A stretch of DNA of 64,000 bases from an uncultured delta proteobacterium (lineage in GTDB: Bacteria; Myxococcota; Myxococcia; SLRQ01): contig CAVSGM010000003.1 of the NCBI GenBank assembly GCA_963727485.1, positions 192,001 to 256,000 on the forward strand, read 5' to 3'. Below the pieces are notes generated by a model. That model was not told where the DNA came from. It did no database searches and saw nothing but the letters and a program-made list of their open reading frames with translations. Shown here piece by piece: positions 37,160 to 46,778 of this stretch. The first letter of the stretch is position 1, and each line of letters begins with the position of its first letter. A program made the translations under genes and the position numbers.

Positions 37160-38230
37160 ATGGCCGGAAAGCGCATCGTCCACGTCATCGGGACCGGCAC
37201 CATCGGGGAGCCGCTCATCGGGCTGCTCTCCGACATGCGGCAGGCCCTCGGCATCGACGAGGTCACCTTCCACAAGAACACCCCCCGGAAGGTCGACCGC
37301 CCGAAGATCGGGAGCCTCATCCGTCGCGGGGCCCACCTCGCGGCGGACCGGCCCCGGTGGGACGGGTTCCGGGAGATCGGCAGCGTGCCGGCCTTCGAGA
37401 CCGAGGAGGCCATCGCCCGGGCCTCGGTGGTCATCGACTGCTCCCCCGAGGGGATGGCCCGGAAGAACAAGGCCCGGTGGTACGAGCGCCACGACGGGCC
37501 CCTTGGGTACATCGCCCAGGGGGGCGAGTACGGCTTCGGGAAGATGTACGCCCGGGGGATCAACGACGCGGTCCTCGACCACGAGACCGACCGGTTCATC
37601 CAGGTCGCCTCGTGCAACACCCACAACATCGCGGTGCTCCTCAACACCCTCGGGGACCCCGAGGTGGCACAGCTGGGGATCGACCACGCCGAGTTCGTGT
37701 GCCTGCGGCGCGCCAACGACATCAGCCAGGACGGCGGCTTCGTGCCCTCGCCCCAGCTCGGCCGCCACACCGAGGCCGACCACGGCACCCACCACGCCCG
37801 GGACGCCTGGGCGCTCTTCCAGACCATGGGCCTGGACCTGGACCTGTTCTCCAGCGCCCTGAAGCTCAACACCCAGTACATGCACGCCCTGTGGTTCAAG
37901 ATCCGCCTCGACCGGGAGATTGGTCGCGACGAGGTCATCGACCGCCTCGCGGCGAACACCCGGGTGGCGCTCACCGAGAAGGTCAGCGCCAACCTGGTGT
38001 TCAGCTTCGGCCGGGAGCAGGGCTACTACGGACGGCTGCTCAACCAGACGGTGGTCAGCGTCCCCACCCTCCACGTGCGGCGGGGCCGGGATGTCTACGG
38101 CTTCTGCTTCACCCCACAGGACGGCAACCCGCTCCTCTCGTCGGTGGCGGCCACCATGTGGCTGCTCCACCCCGAGACCCTGGAAGAGCGGATCGACTGC
38201 CTGCGTCCCTACATGTTCAGCGAGGTCTAG
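37160..38230 (+). CDS. Archaeal-type (class II) GAPDH-like oxidoreductase
   Basis: VIGTGTIG, VIDCSP, AQGGE, QVASCNTH, RRAND, GTHHARD. Confidence 0.7.
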   Translation: MAGKRIVHVIGTGTIGEPLIGLLSDMRQALGIDEVTFHKNTPRKVDRPKIGSLIRRGAHLAADRPRWDGFREIGSVPAFETEEAIARASVVIDCSPEGMARKNKARWYERHDGPLGYIAQGGEYGFGKMYARGINDAVLDHETDRFIQVASCNTHNIAVLLNTLGDPEVAQLGIDHAEFVCLRRANDISQDGGFVPSPQLGRHTEADHGTHHARDAWALFQTMGLDLDLFSSALKLNTQYMHALWFKIRLDREIGRDEVIDRLAANTRVALTEKVSANLVFSFGREQGYYGRLLNQTVVSVPTLHVRRGRDVYGFCFTPQDGNPLLSSVAATMWLLHPETLEERIDCLRPYMFSEV

Positions 38231-38236
38231 GGCCCC

Positions 38237-40369
38237 ATGCCCCAGCAGCCAGACACCGACGAGAAGAAGACCCGCGCCGACGAGGCCACCGAGGCCGAGG
38301 GCGCCGAGACCAAGCGCCCGGCCCGGCGCCCCCGGCGCAAGGCCGCGACCAAGGCGACCAAGGCCACGAAGGCGACCAAGGCCACCAAGGCCACCAAGGC
38401 CACCAAGGCCAAGGAGGCCAAGGAGGCCGCCGAGGCCGAGGCCCCGGGCGACCCGAAGCCCAAGGCGAGCCGGTCCACCCGGTCGCGGGGCGGCCGGCGC
38501 AAGAGCCCGGCCGCCGGGTCCAAGGCGAAGGCCCAGGCCGAGGCCGCCGAGGACGCCGAGGCCGAGGACGCCGAGGCCCTGGAAGCGTCCGCGGCGGACG
38601 ACGACGGCGAGACCCCGGCGCCCCCGCCCCCGGCCCACCCGGCGCCCACCGACCTCGACGACGACGATGAGGACGACGACGACGCCCCCCTCGACGACGA
38701 GGCGGACGACGAGGACGACGACGACCTCGATGACGTCGCGGCGGACGACGACGAGGACGAGGACGGCGACGACGACCTCGACGACGCGGACCTCGACGAG
38801 GACGAAGGAGACGACGACGAGGACGGCGACGAGGACGGCGACGAGGACGAAGACGAGGACGAAGACGAGGACGACGCGGCCGCCTCCGCCGGCGGGGCGG
38901 GCGCCGACGCGGCGGTCGACGTCGACGAGCCCGACGAGGACGCCCCGCGCCTGCGCCACGACGAGGACCTCGACCCCACCGAGCGCGCCGCCCTCGAGGC
39001 CGCGGCCCTCGACCTCGAGGAGGAAGAGGAGGCCGAGGAGGCCGCCGAGGCGGAGATCCCGAGGCACCGCCTCGACCCCGACGCCATCAAGGTGATCGGC
39101 CGCCTGCGCCGCTTCGACTACGAGGCCTACCTCGTCGGCGGCTGCGTCCGGGACCTGCTGGTGGGCCTGGAGCCCAAGGACTTCGACGTGGCCACCAGCG
39201 CCCGGCCCGAGGAGACGCGGTCGGTGTTCACCAACTGCCGGCTCATCGGCCGCCGGTTCCGCCTGGCCCACGTCTACTTCCGGGGCGGCAAGGTCATCGA
39301 GACCGCCACCTTCCGCGCCAACCCCCACGAGGACGACGCCGAGGAGGCCCCGGAGCAGGCGGATCTCTACCTCGACGAGGACAACGTCTACGGCACCGCC
39401 GAGGAGGACGCGAGGCGCCGGGACTTCACCATCAACGGGCTCTTCTACGACCCGGCGGCGGGGAAGGTCATCGACTACGTCGGCGGCCGCGCCGACCTCG
39501 ACCGCAAGGTGGTGCGGACCATCGGCGACCCGGACATCCGGATGCGCGAGGACCCGGCCCGGATCCTCCGGGCGGTGCGCTTCGCCGCCAAGCTCGGCTT
39601 CGACATCGACCCGGCCACCTTCGAGGGCATGCGCGACCACGCCCCGGAGATCCCCAAGTGCTCGCCCCCGCGGGTGCTCGAGGAGATCCTCCGGCTGATG
39701 CGCTGCGGCGCCTCCCGGGGGGCGCTGATGCTCCTCAAGGACTGCGGCGCCCTCGAGGTCCTCCTGCCTCCGGTCCACACGCACCTCGAGACCGGCGGCG
39801 ACGAGGCGGAGGTGGGCTTCTTCGCCGTCCTCGACGCCCTCGACGAGTGGGTGCGCCAGCACCGCGGCCCCCCGGACGACTCGGTGCTGCTGGCGGTCCT
39901 CCTCTCGGCGCTCTTCCCCCGGGAGGAGATGCCCAACGCCCGCAGCGAGGTCCTCGACGAGCTTTTGGCGAGCCTGGTGCGCGACTCGCGCCTGCCCCGG
40001 CGCAAGGCCGAGCGGGTGCGCCTCATTCTCGGGGCCCAGCGGATCTTCGCCGGCCAGAAGAAGCGCCGGTTCTCCGCCAAGCGCTTCGCCCGGCAGAGCT
40101 ACATCGAGGACGCCCTCATCCTCCTCGACATCCGCATCCGCGCCACCGGCGAGGACGCCCACGAGCTCAAGGCCTGGACCGACCGGGTCCGCGAGGTCGG
40201 CGGCCCCGAGCCCGAGCCCCGGGACAGTGGTCGCGGCCGGCGTGGGGGTCGGGGCGGCCGGCGCCGGGGCGGCCGTGGAGGTCGCGGCGGCGGTGGTGGC
40301 GGGCGAGGCGGAGGCGGAGGCGGCGGACGAGGCGGGCGCCGCGGTGGCGGCGGCGGCGGCGGGCGCTGA
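38237..40369 (+). CDS. pcnB: Poly(A) polymerase I with long N- and C-terminal low-complexity extensions
   Basis: YLVGGCVRDLL..KDFDVAT, PAP signature LIGRRFRLAHVYF, DARRRDFTINGL, EDPARILRA. Confidence 0.9.
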   Translation: MPQQPDTDEKKTRADEATEAEGAETKRPARRPRRKAATKATKATKATKATKATKATKAKEAKEAAEAEAPGDPKPKASRSTRSRGGRRKSPAAGSKAKAQAEAAEDAEAEDAEALEASAADDDGETPAPPPPAHPAPTDLDDDDEDDDDAPLDDEADDEDDDDLDDVAADDDEDEDGDDDLDDADLDEDEGDDDEDGDEDGDEDEDEDEDEDDAAASAGGAGADAAVDVDEPDEDAPRLRHDEDLDPTERAALEAAALDLEEEEEAEEAAEAEIPRHRLDPDAIKVIGRLRRFDYEAYLVGGCVRDLLVGLEPKDFDVATSARPEETRSVFTNCRLIGRRFRLAHVYFRGGKVIETATFRANPHEDDAEEAPEQADLYLDEDNVYGTAEEDARRRDFTINGLFYDPAAGKVIDYVGGRADLDRKVVRTIGDPDIRMREDPARILRAVRFAAKLGFDIDPATFEGMRDHAPEIPKCSPPRVLEEILRLMRCGASRGALMLLKDCGALEVLLPPVHTHLETGGDEAEVGFFAVLDALDEWVRQHRGPPDDSVLLAVLLSALFPREEMPNARSEVLDELLASLVRDSRLPRRKAERVRLILGAQRIFAGQKKRRFSAKRFARQSYIEDALILLDIRIRATGEDAHELKAWTDRVREVGGPEPEPRDSGRGRRGGRGGRRRGGRGGRGGGGGGRGGGGGGGRGGRRGGGGGGGR

Positions 40370-40399
40370 CCCGGGCCGTCGCCCGCGCCCGCCCGGCGC

Positions 40400-41918
40400 C
40401 TAGAACCTCCGCAGGAGCCCGATGGCCTGCTTCCCCAGGTCGTAGGCCTTGCGACTGTAGGGCTGCCACCACAGCTCGCGCTTGAAGCTCGGCGCCCACC
40501 ACGCCGGCAGGTGCACGTGGCGCTCCTCGGAGAGCATCTTCAGCCCCTCGGCGCTGTGGACCTTCCCGAAGCCCGAGTCCTTCACCCCCATCCACGGGGT
40601 CTCGGGCATCCCGTAGGTGGCCAGCACGTCGTTGACCATCACCGTGCCGATGCGCAGGCGCTCGGCGACGCGCCGGCCCCGGTCGAGGTCGGCGGTGAAC
40701 ACGTAGCCCAATAGGCCCAGGTGGCTGTCGTTGGCCTTCGCCACCGCGTCGTCCTCGTCGTCGACCACCACGATGGGCACGAGCGGCCCGAAGGTCTCCT
40801 GGTGGACCACGTCCATCTCCTGGGTGACCCCGGTGAGGACCGTGGGCGCGAAGTACCGCCCGCCCTCGACCGGGCACACGGCGTCGCCCCCGGTGGCCAC
40901 CTCGGCGCCGCCTTCGACCGCCTGGGCGATCTGGGCCTTCGCCTTGTCCACCTGGGGGGCGAAGGTCACCGCACCCACGTCGGTGTCGAAGTCGGTGGGG
41001 TCGCCCTGGCGCAGCTGCTTCACCAGCTCGACGACCCGGGCGGTGAAGGGCTCGGCGACGGCCCGGTGCACGTAGACCCGCTCGCAGGAGGCGCAGATCT
41101 GCCCGGAGTTCATCAGGGCCCCGTAGACCACCGCCCGGGCGGCGCGCTCGAGGTCGGCGTCCTCGAGGATGATCGCGGGCGCCTTGCCCCCGAGCTCCAT
41201 GATGCAGGGGATGAGCCGCTCGCCGCAGCGCGCGGCGATCTTGCGGCCGGTGGCGACGCTCCCGGTGAAGCAGACCAGGTCCACGTCGCCGTCCACCAGC
41301 GCCGCGCCGGTGGCGCCGAGCCCGGTGACCACCTGGAGGAGCGCCGGGTCGAGGCCCGCCTCGTCGAAGAGGCGCTTCATCTCCAGGGCGATGAGCGGGG
41401 TCACCTCCGAGGGCTTGAGCACCACCGCGTTGCCGGCGAGCAGCGCCATGAACGCCTCGCCCATGGGGATGACGAGCGGGAAGTTCCAGGGCGCGATGAC
41501 CCCGACCACGCCCCGCGGCACGTAGTGGAGGTAGCTGCGCCGATGCTTCATCAGGTGCAGGGGGATCCGCCGGCGCCCGAGGATCTTCTTCGCCCGGTTG
41601 CCGAAGTAGCCCACCAGGTCCACGAAGGTGAGGATCTCGGCCCACATCGCCTCCTGGCGGGTCTTCCCGTTCTCCAGGGCGATGCGCTCGGTGAGGTCGT
41701 CGGCGTGGGCGACCACCAGAATCGCGCCAGCGCTTGAGCGCCTTGCCCCGCTGCTTGGGGGTCAGGGCCCCCCAGGCGGGCTGGGCGGCACGGGCGGCGG
41801 CGATGGCGGCGTCGACCTCGGCTCGGTCCATGACCGGGACCGATCCCAGGGACCGGCCGTCGACGGGGCTGGTGATCTCCAGGGAGTCGCCCGGGGGCAT
41901 CGCTTGGGCCTCGGCCAT
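40400..41918 (-). CDS. Aldehyde dehydrogenase family protein, frameshift near 41720
   Basis: IAPWNFP, KPSEVTP, FTGS, MELGGKAP, NSGQICASCER, ETFGP. Confidence 0.9.
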
Positions 41919-42023
41919 GCCCTCGAGCCTACCGCCCCGGTGGCAGCTCCGGCTACTCGGCGGCGACGTCCCGGCCCCTGGCCGGTGGCCCACCACCCGA
42001 GAGGTGAGCGCATAAAGCGCGCA

Positions 42024-42134
42024 AGGGTCCCGGGGCGCACGCAGATTGTGCGCCAGCTGTCGGGCCGCCCGGGGGGCCCGCGAGGAAATACAGCAGTGCT
42101 GAATTACGGCGTGGGAGGGGGTGCCCGGGACCCT
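42024..42134. ncRNA. Candidate structured RNA or short inverted-repeat element, family unknown
   Basis: Closing stem agggtcccggg/cccgggaccct with inner stems ggcgcac/gtgcgcc and gctgt/acagc enclosing cgggcc/ggcccg. Confidence 0.35.
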
Positions 42135-43515
42135 AGGGCCCGACGGGTTGGAACCGGGCGGTGAAGTGCCGGAGCGCAGGCGGCTGCTCGGTGATCCGCA
42201 GGCCCTTGAGCTCGCCGGCGCGCTTCGCCACCCGGGTCACGACCTCGATGACGTAGTCCACGTGGCTCTGGGTGTAGACCCGGCGGGGCAGGGCGAGGCG
42301 CACCAGGTCCATCTCCGCCGGGTGCTCGGTGCCGTCGGGGTGCAGGCCGAACATCACCGTGCCGATCTCCACCGAGCGCACCCCGCCCTCGAGGTAGAGG
42401 GCCGCGGCCAGCGCCTGGCCCGGATAGGAGAGCGGCGGGATGTGGGGGAGCAGCGACCTCGCGTCGAGGTAGACCGCGTGGCCGCCCACCGGCTCCAGGA
42501 TGGGCACCCCGGCGGCGAGGAGGCGCTCGCCCAGGTAGCTCGCCGAGCGCACCCGGTAGCGCAGGTAGTCGTGGTCCACCACCTCCTCGAGCCCCTGGGC
42601 GATGGCCTCGAGGTCGCGGCCGGCGAGGCCGCCGTAGGTGGGGAAGCCCTCGGTGAGGATGAGGAGGTTGCGGCACGCCTGGGCGATGGCGTCGTCGTTC
42701 ATGGCGAGCCAGCCGCCGATGTTCGCGAGGCCGTCCTTCTTCGCCGACATGGTCATCCCGTCGGCGAGCCCGGCCATCTCGCGCACGATGTCCGCCACCG
42801 GCCGCTCGCTCTGCCCCGGCTCACGCTCGCGGATGAACCAGGCGTTCTCGGCGAAGCGGCAGCCGTCGAGGAAGAGCGGCACCTCGAAGCGATCGCAGAG
42901 CGCGCGCACGCCCCGGAGGTTTTCGAGGCTCACCGGCTGCCCGCCCCCGGAGTTGTTGGTCACCGTGACCATCACCACCGGCACCCGACCGGCGGCCTCG
43001 GCCAGCAGGTTCTCCAGGCGCTCCAGGTCCACGTTGCCCTTGAAGGGGTGGTGGCTCTTCGGATCGTGGCCCTCGGCGATGACCAGGTCGACCGCCTCGG
43101 CCCCCGAGTGCTCGACGTTGGCCCGGGTGGTGTCGAAGTGGGTGTTGCTGGGGACCACCTTGCCGGCGCCGCCGACCACCGAGAACAGGATCTTCTCCGC
43201 CGCCCGCCCCTGGTGGGTGGGGATGATGTGGCGGAAGGGGAAGAGCTTCTTGACCGCCTCCTCGAAGACGAACCAGGACGGCGAGCCCGCGTAGCTCTCG
43301 TCGCCGCGCTGCAGCGCCCCCCACTGCTTCGCCGACATCGCCCCGGTCCCCGAGTCGGTGAGCAGGTCGATGATCACCTGGTCGGCGTGGAGGGCGAAGA
43401 GGTTGTAGCCGGCGTCCCGGAGCCACCGCTCCCGCTCGGCGCGGGTGGACAGGTGGATGGGCTCCACGGACTTGATGCGGAACGGCTCGATGATGGTCTG
43501 GTAGGGCGCGTCCAT
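42133..43515 (-). CDS. tnaA: Tryptophanase/tyrosine phenol-lyase family PLP enzyme
   Basis: EPFRIKSVEPI, IDLLTDSGT, GDESYAGS, THQGRAAE, MSAKKD, EGFPTYGGLAGRD, RLALPRRVYTQSH; TnaA vs Tpl not resolved. Confidence 0.85.
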   Translation of the reverse strand: MDAPYQTIIEPFRIKSVEPIHLSTRAERERWLRDAGYNLFALHADQVIIDLLTDSGTGAMSAKQWGALQRGDESYAGSPSWFVFEEAVKKLFPFRHIIPTHQGRAAEKILFSVVGGAGKVVPSNTHFDTTRANVEHSGAEAVDLVIAEGHDPKSHHPFKGNVDLERLENLLAEAAGRVPVVMVTVTNNSGGGQPVSLENLRGVRALCDRFEVPLFLDGCRFAENAWFIREREPGQSERPVADIVREMAGLADGMTMSAKKDGLANIGGWLAMNDDAIAQACRNLLILTEGFPTYGGLAGRDLEAIAQGLEEVVDHDYLRYRVRSASYLGERLLAAGVPILEPVGGHAVYLDARSLLPHIPPLSYPGQALAAALYLEGGVRSVEIGTVMFGLHPDGTEHPAEMDLVRLALPRRVYTQSHVDYVIEVVTRVAKRAGELKGLRITEQPPALRHFTARFQPVGP

Positions 43516-43597
43516 GCCCGGGCAGCAAGCAAGCCCCGGGCCACCCCGCGCAGAATCCGCGCCGCCGCGCACGACGCGCCGCGGCACCCGCCGGCCG

Positions 43598-45757
43598 TCA
43601 GCGCCGCCGGGGCCGGTCGCCGTCGTCCGCCGCCGGGGTCAGGCGCACCCGGCAGTCCACCGCCACCGTGGGCGTGCCCCTCGGCGCCGCCATCACCGGG
43701 TTCACGTCGATCTCCGCCAGGTCCGCGTCGAGGTCGCTGACCAGCTGGCTGAAGCGCTCGAGGATCTCCTGGAGGGCCCGGCGGTCCACCGGCGGCCGGC
43801 CCCGGTGGCCGGCGAGGAGCGTGGCTCCGGCGCCGGCGTCGAGGAGCTCGGCGGCGGCCCGGTCGGTGAGCGGCGGGACCTTGAAGGTCACCTGCTCCAG
43901 GGCCTCCACCAGGATCCCCCCGAGGCCGAAGGCCACCAGCGGCCCCAGGTGCGGGTCGCGGCTCATCCCCAGGAGCACCTCGACGCCCTCGGGGATCATC
44001 TTCTGGATCCGCACCCGGCCCCGCTCGACCCCGGCCCGGCGCATCGCCGCGCGCACCCGGTCGAAGGCCCGGCCGAGCTCGGCTTGGTCCCGGATGTCGA
44101 CCACCACCCCGCCCACGTCGCTCTTGTGGACGATGCGCGGGTCGTCGGCCTTGAGGACCACCGGGTAGCCGAGCGCGCCGGCCAGCGTCACCGCGGCCTT
44201 GCGGGTCGCGGCGATCCCCGAGGGCGCCACCGGGATCCCGTAGGCCTCGAGGAGCGCCACGCTCTCCCCGAGGTCCAGGGCGTCGCGCCCCTCGCTGCGG
44301 GCCCCGTCCACCAGGGCCTGCGCCGCCGCCCGGTCCACCGGGAAGCGCCGCACCTTCCCCTTCGGCTTCGCCCGCCAGGCGCCGTAGCGGACCATCACCT
44401 CCAGGGACGTCGCCGCCGACTCGGGGAAGCGGTAGACCGGCAGCCCCTGGTCCCGCAGCCAGCGCACCGCCTCGGCGCCGTCGGCCCCGGTCATGAAGGT
44501 CACCAGCACCGGCTTGTCCGGGTGCTTCGCCGCCGCCTCGCGGATCGCCTCCGCCACCTCCATGGGCGCGGTGATCACCGGGGGCACGAAGAGGACGATG
44601 GCCGCGTCCACCCCCGGATCCCCGAGGCAGGCGTCGACCGCCACCCGGTAGTCGTCGGGGGTCGCCGAGGCGATGAGGTCCACCGGGTTCCCCAGGGCCG
44701 CGTAGGGGTTCACCTTGGGCTTCATCTTCCGCCGGGTCCGGGCCGAGAGGCTCGCCACCTCGAGGCCCAGGTCGTCGCAGGCGTCGGCGGCCATGATCCC
44801 CGGCCCCCCGGCGTTGGTGACGATGGCCACCCGGCCCCCCTTGGGGATGGGCTGGCTCTGGAGGGCGTGGGCCGCCTCGAAGAGCTGCTCCACCGACCGG
44901 CACCGGAGCACCCCGCAGTCGGCGAACAGCGCGTTGACCGCCGCGTCCCCGCCGGCGAGGGACCCGGTGTGGCTGAAGGCCGCCTTGGCTCCGGCGACGG
45001 TGCTCCCGCTCTTCACCGCGAGGATGGGCTTGTGGCGGCTGACCTCGGTGGCCACCTCCACGAAGCGCCGCGGGTCCCCGAAGCTCTCCAGGTACATCAG
45101 GATGACCTCGGTGCGGGGGTCGCCTTGCCAGTAGGCGAGCAGGTCGTTGTTGTCCACGTCCATCTTGTTGCCGATGGAGGCGAACATGCTCACCCCGAGG
45201 TTGAGCTCCGGGGCGTAGGAGAGGATGGCGTCCCCGAGCGCCCCGCTCTGGCTCATGAACGCCAGGCTCCCGGCGGCGGGGCGGGTGCGGGCGAAGCTGG
45301 CGTTGAGGCGCGCCTCGGGGTCGGTGTTGAGGATGCCCATGCAGTTGGGGCCGATGGCGCGCATCCCGTAGCGCGCGCAGAGCCCGGCGACCTCGCGCTC
45401 CAGGGCCAGCCCCTCGCCGCCGATCTCCTTGAACCCGGCGGTGATGATCACCAGGCCCTTCACGCCCTTCTCCCCGCAGGCGGCGACGGCGCCGGGGACC
45501 TCGGCGGCGGGGACCACGATCACCGCCAGGTCCACCTCGCCGGGGATCTCCCGGACGTCGGGCCAGGCCGTCACCGAGAGCACGGTCTTCCGGCTCCGGC
45601 TCACCGGGTACACCGGCCCGGGGAGCTCGGCGCGCAGGAGGTTCTCGAGGATGGTGCGCCCGAGCGCCCCGTGACGGGCGGTGGCGCCGACCACCGCCAC
45701 CGACCGGGGGCGGAAGAGGGCGTCGAGGGAGGCGTCGCGGCGGGGGGTCCTGGGCAT
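43598..45757 (-). CDS. Acetate-CoA ligase (ADP-forming) family, fused alpha/beta
   Basis: LFRPRSVAVVGA, IGPNCMG, SQSGA, SHTGSLAG, TNAGGPG, HKSDVGGV, EIDVNP. Confidence 0.9.
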   Translation of the reverse strand: MPRTPRRDASLDALFRPRSVAVVGATARHGALGRTILENLLRAELPGPVYPVSRSRKTVLSVTAWPDVREIPGEVDLAVIVVPAAEVPGAVAACGEKGVKGLVIITAGFKEIGGEGLALEREVAGLCARYGMRAIGPNCMGILNTDPEARLNASFARTRPAAGSLAFMSQSGALGDAILSYAPELNLGVSMFASIGNKMDVDNNDLLAYWQGDPRTEVILMYLESFGDPRRFVEVATEVSRHKPILAVKSGSTVAGAKAAFSHTGSLAGGDAAVNALFADCGVLRCRSVEQLFEAAHALQSQPIPKGGRVAIVTNAGGPGIMAADACDDLGLEVASLSARTRRKMKPKVNPYAALGNPVDLIASATPDDYRVAVDACLGDPGVDAAIVLFVPPVITAPMEVAEAIREAAAKHPDKPVLVTFMTGADGAEAVRWLRDQGLPVYRFPESAATSLEVMVRYGAWRAKPKGKVRRFPVDRAAAQALVDGARSEGRDALDLGESVALLEAYGIPVAPSGIAATRKAAVTLAGALGYPVVLKADDPRIVHKSDVGGVVVDIRDQAELGRAFDRVRAAMRRAGVERGRVRIQKMIPEGVEVLLGMSRDPHLGPLVAFGLGGILVEALEQVTFKVPPLTDRAAAELLDAGAGATLLAGHRGRPPVDRRALQEILERFSQLVSDLDADLAEIDVNPVMAAPRGTPTVAVDCRVRLTPAADDGDRPRRR

Positions 45758-45781
45758 GGTTCCCAAGCGTAGGCCCGAGGC

Positions 45782-46674
45782 CTACTTGAGCACGTCGGTG
45801 AAGTCGTGCTTGTGGGCGAGGTTGAGGGCGTGGCGATAGAAGGCGTAGCGCGCCGCCATCAGCCGCACCTTCGCCTCCCACTGGTAGGCCGCGTTGATCG
45901 CCGGGCGCTTGGCATCGATCTCCTGCCACAGCTTCCGCGCCGCCTGCGCCTTGGGATCCTGGCCGTGGGCCTCGAGGTCGACCCCGGCGTTGGAGAGCTT
46001 CTCGTCGGGGTCGAGGCGATCGAGGTGGCGCACCGGCACCTTCACCTTCGCCACCAGGTACCAGGTGGTGAGGTCGATGGTGGTGGTGTCGCTCCCGAGC
46101 TCCACCCGGGTGACCTCGAGGAGCCGCCCGGAGCGCCACTGGTTGTCCACCCACTTCTTGATCCGCGCCCGATCCGAGGGGGTGATGACCAGGCCCACCT
46201 CCACCACCCGGCGGAATCTCGTCGGCGAGCCAGGTGAAGGGCTCGTCGGGGGCGAGGGTGTCGGGGATCTTCCGGTCCTTGGGGAGGGTCGCCTTGTCCA
46301 CCTTCACGTGGAAGGTCTTCAGCGAGAGCCCGGCGCCGGCGAGGTCGTTCTCCAGCTCGGCCTTGAGCTTCGCCGCGTCGTAGCCGGTGGGGAGGCGGTC
46401 GGCGAGGTGGGCGGCGGCGAAGGCCTCGGGGTAGCGCGTCTCCACCTGGGCCTTCCACTTGGGGCCCTCCTCGGCGAGGTGGAGGTAGCGCTGGTGGGCG
46501 GCCTTCGCGGTGCTCGAGGGCCACGTCCAGGGGGTCCGGGGGCGGGGGCCCGGCGTCGGCGGGCGGGGTGGGGTCGGCCGGCCGCCCGTGGCAGCCCCCG
46601 AGGCCCAGGCCGACGCCGACGGCCACCGTCAGGGCCGCGCCCGCCATCGTCGTCCACCGTCCTCGTCGCGCCAT
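45782..46674 (-). CDS. Hypothetical lipoprotein, frameshifted
   Basis: Lipobox LGG-C; coding-like segments in three successive frames. Confidence 0.55.
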
Positions 46675-46778
46675 GGGGATGCTCCTGTCGTCCTCGGGGT
46701 CCGACAGGGTGGCATCCGCCGCCAGGGCGTTCAAGTTCCCGGGTGCCCCGAGCCCGGCGGCGTCCTAGCTTCCCGCCG

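Noticed and set aside
42070..42100. HDV-like ribozyme (minus-strand TCCTCGC loop) or SRP RNA (AGCAG)
   Set aside because: P3 and P1 pairings are not satisfied, and the CAGG-N3-GNRA-N3-AGCAG core is absent.
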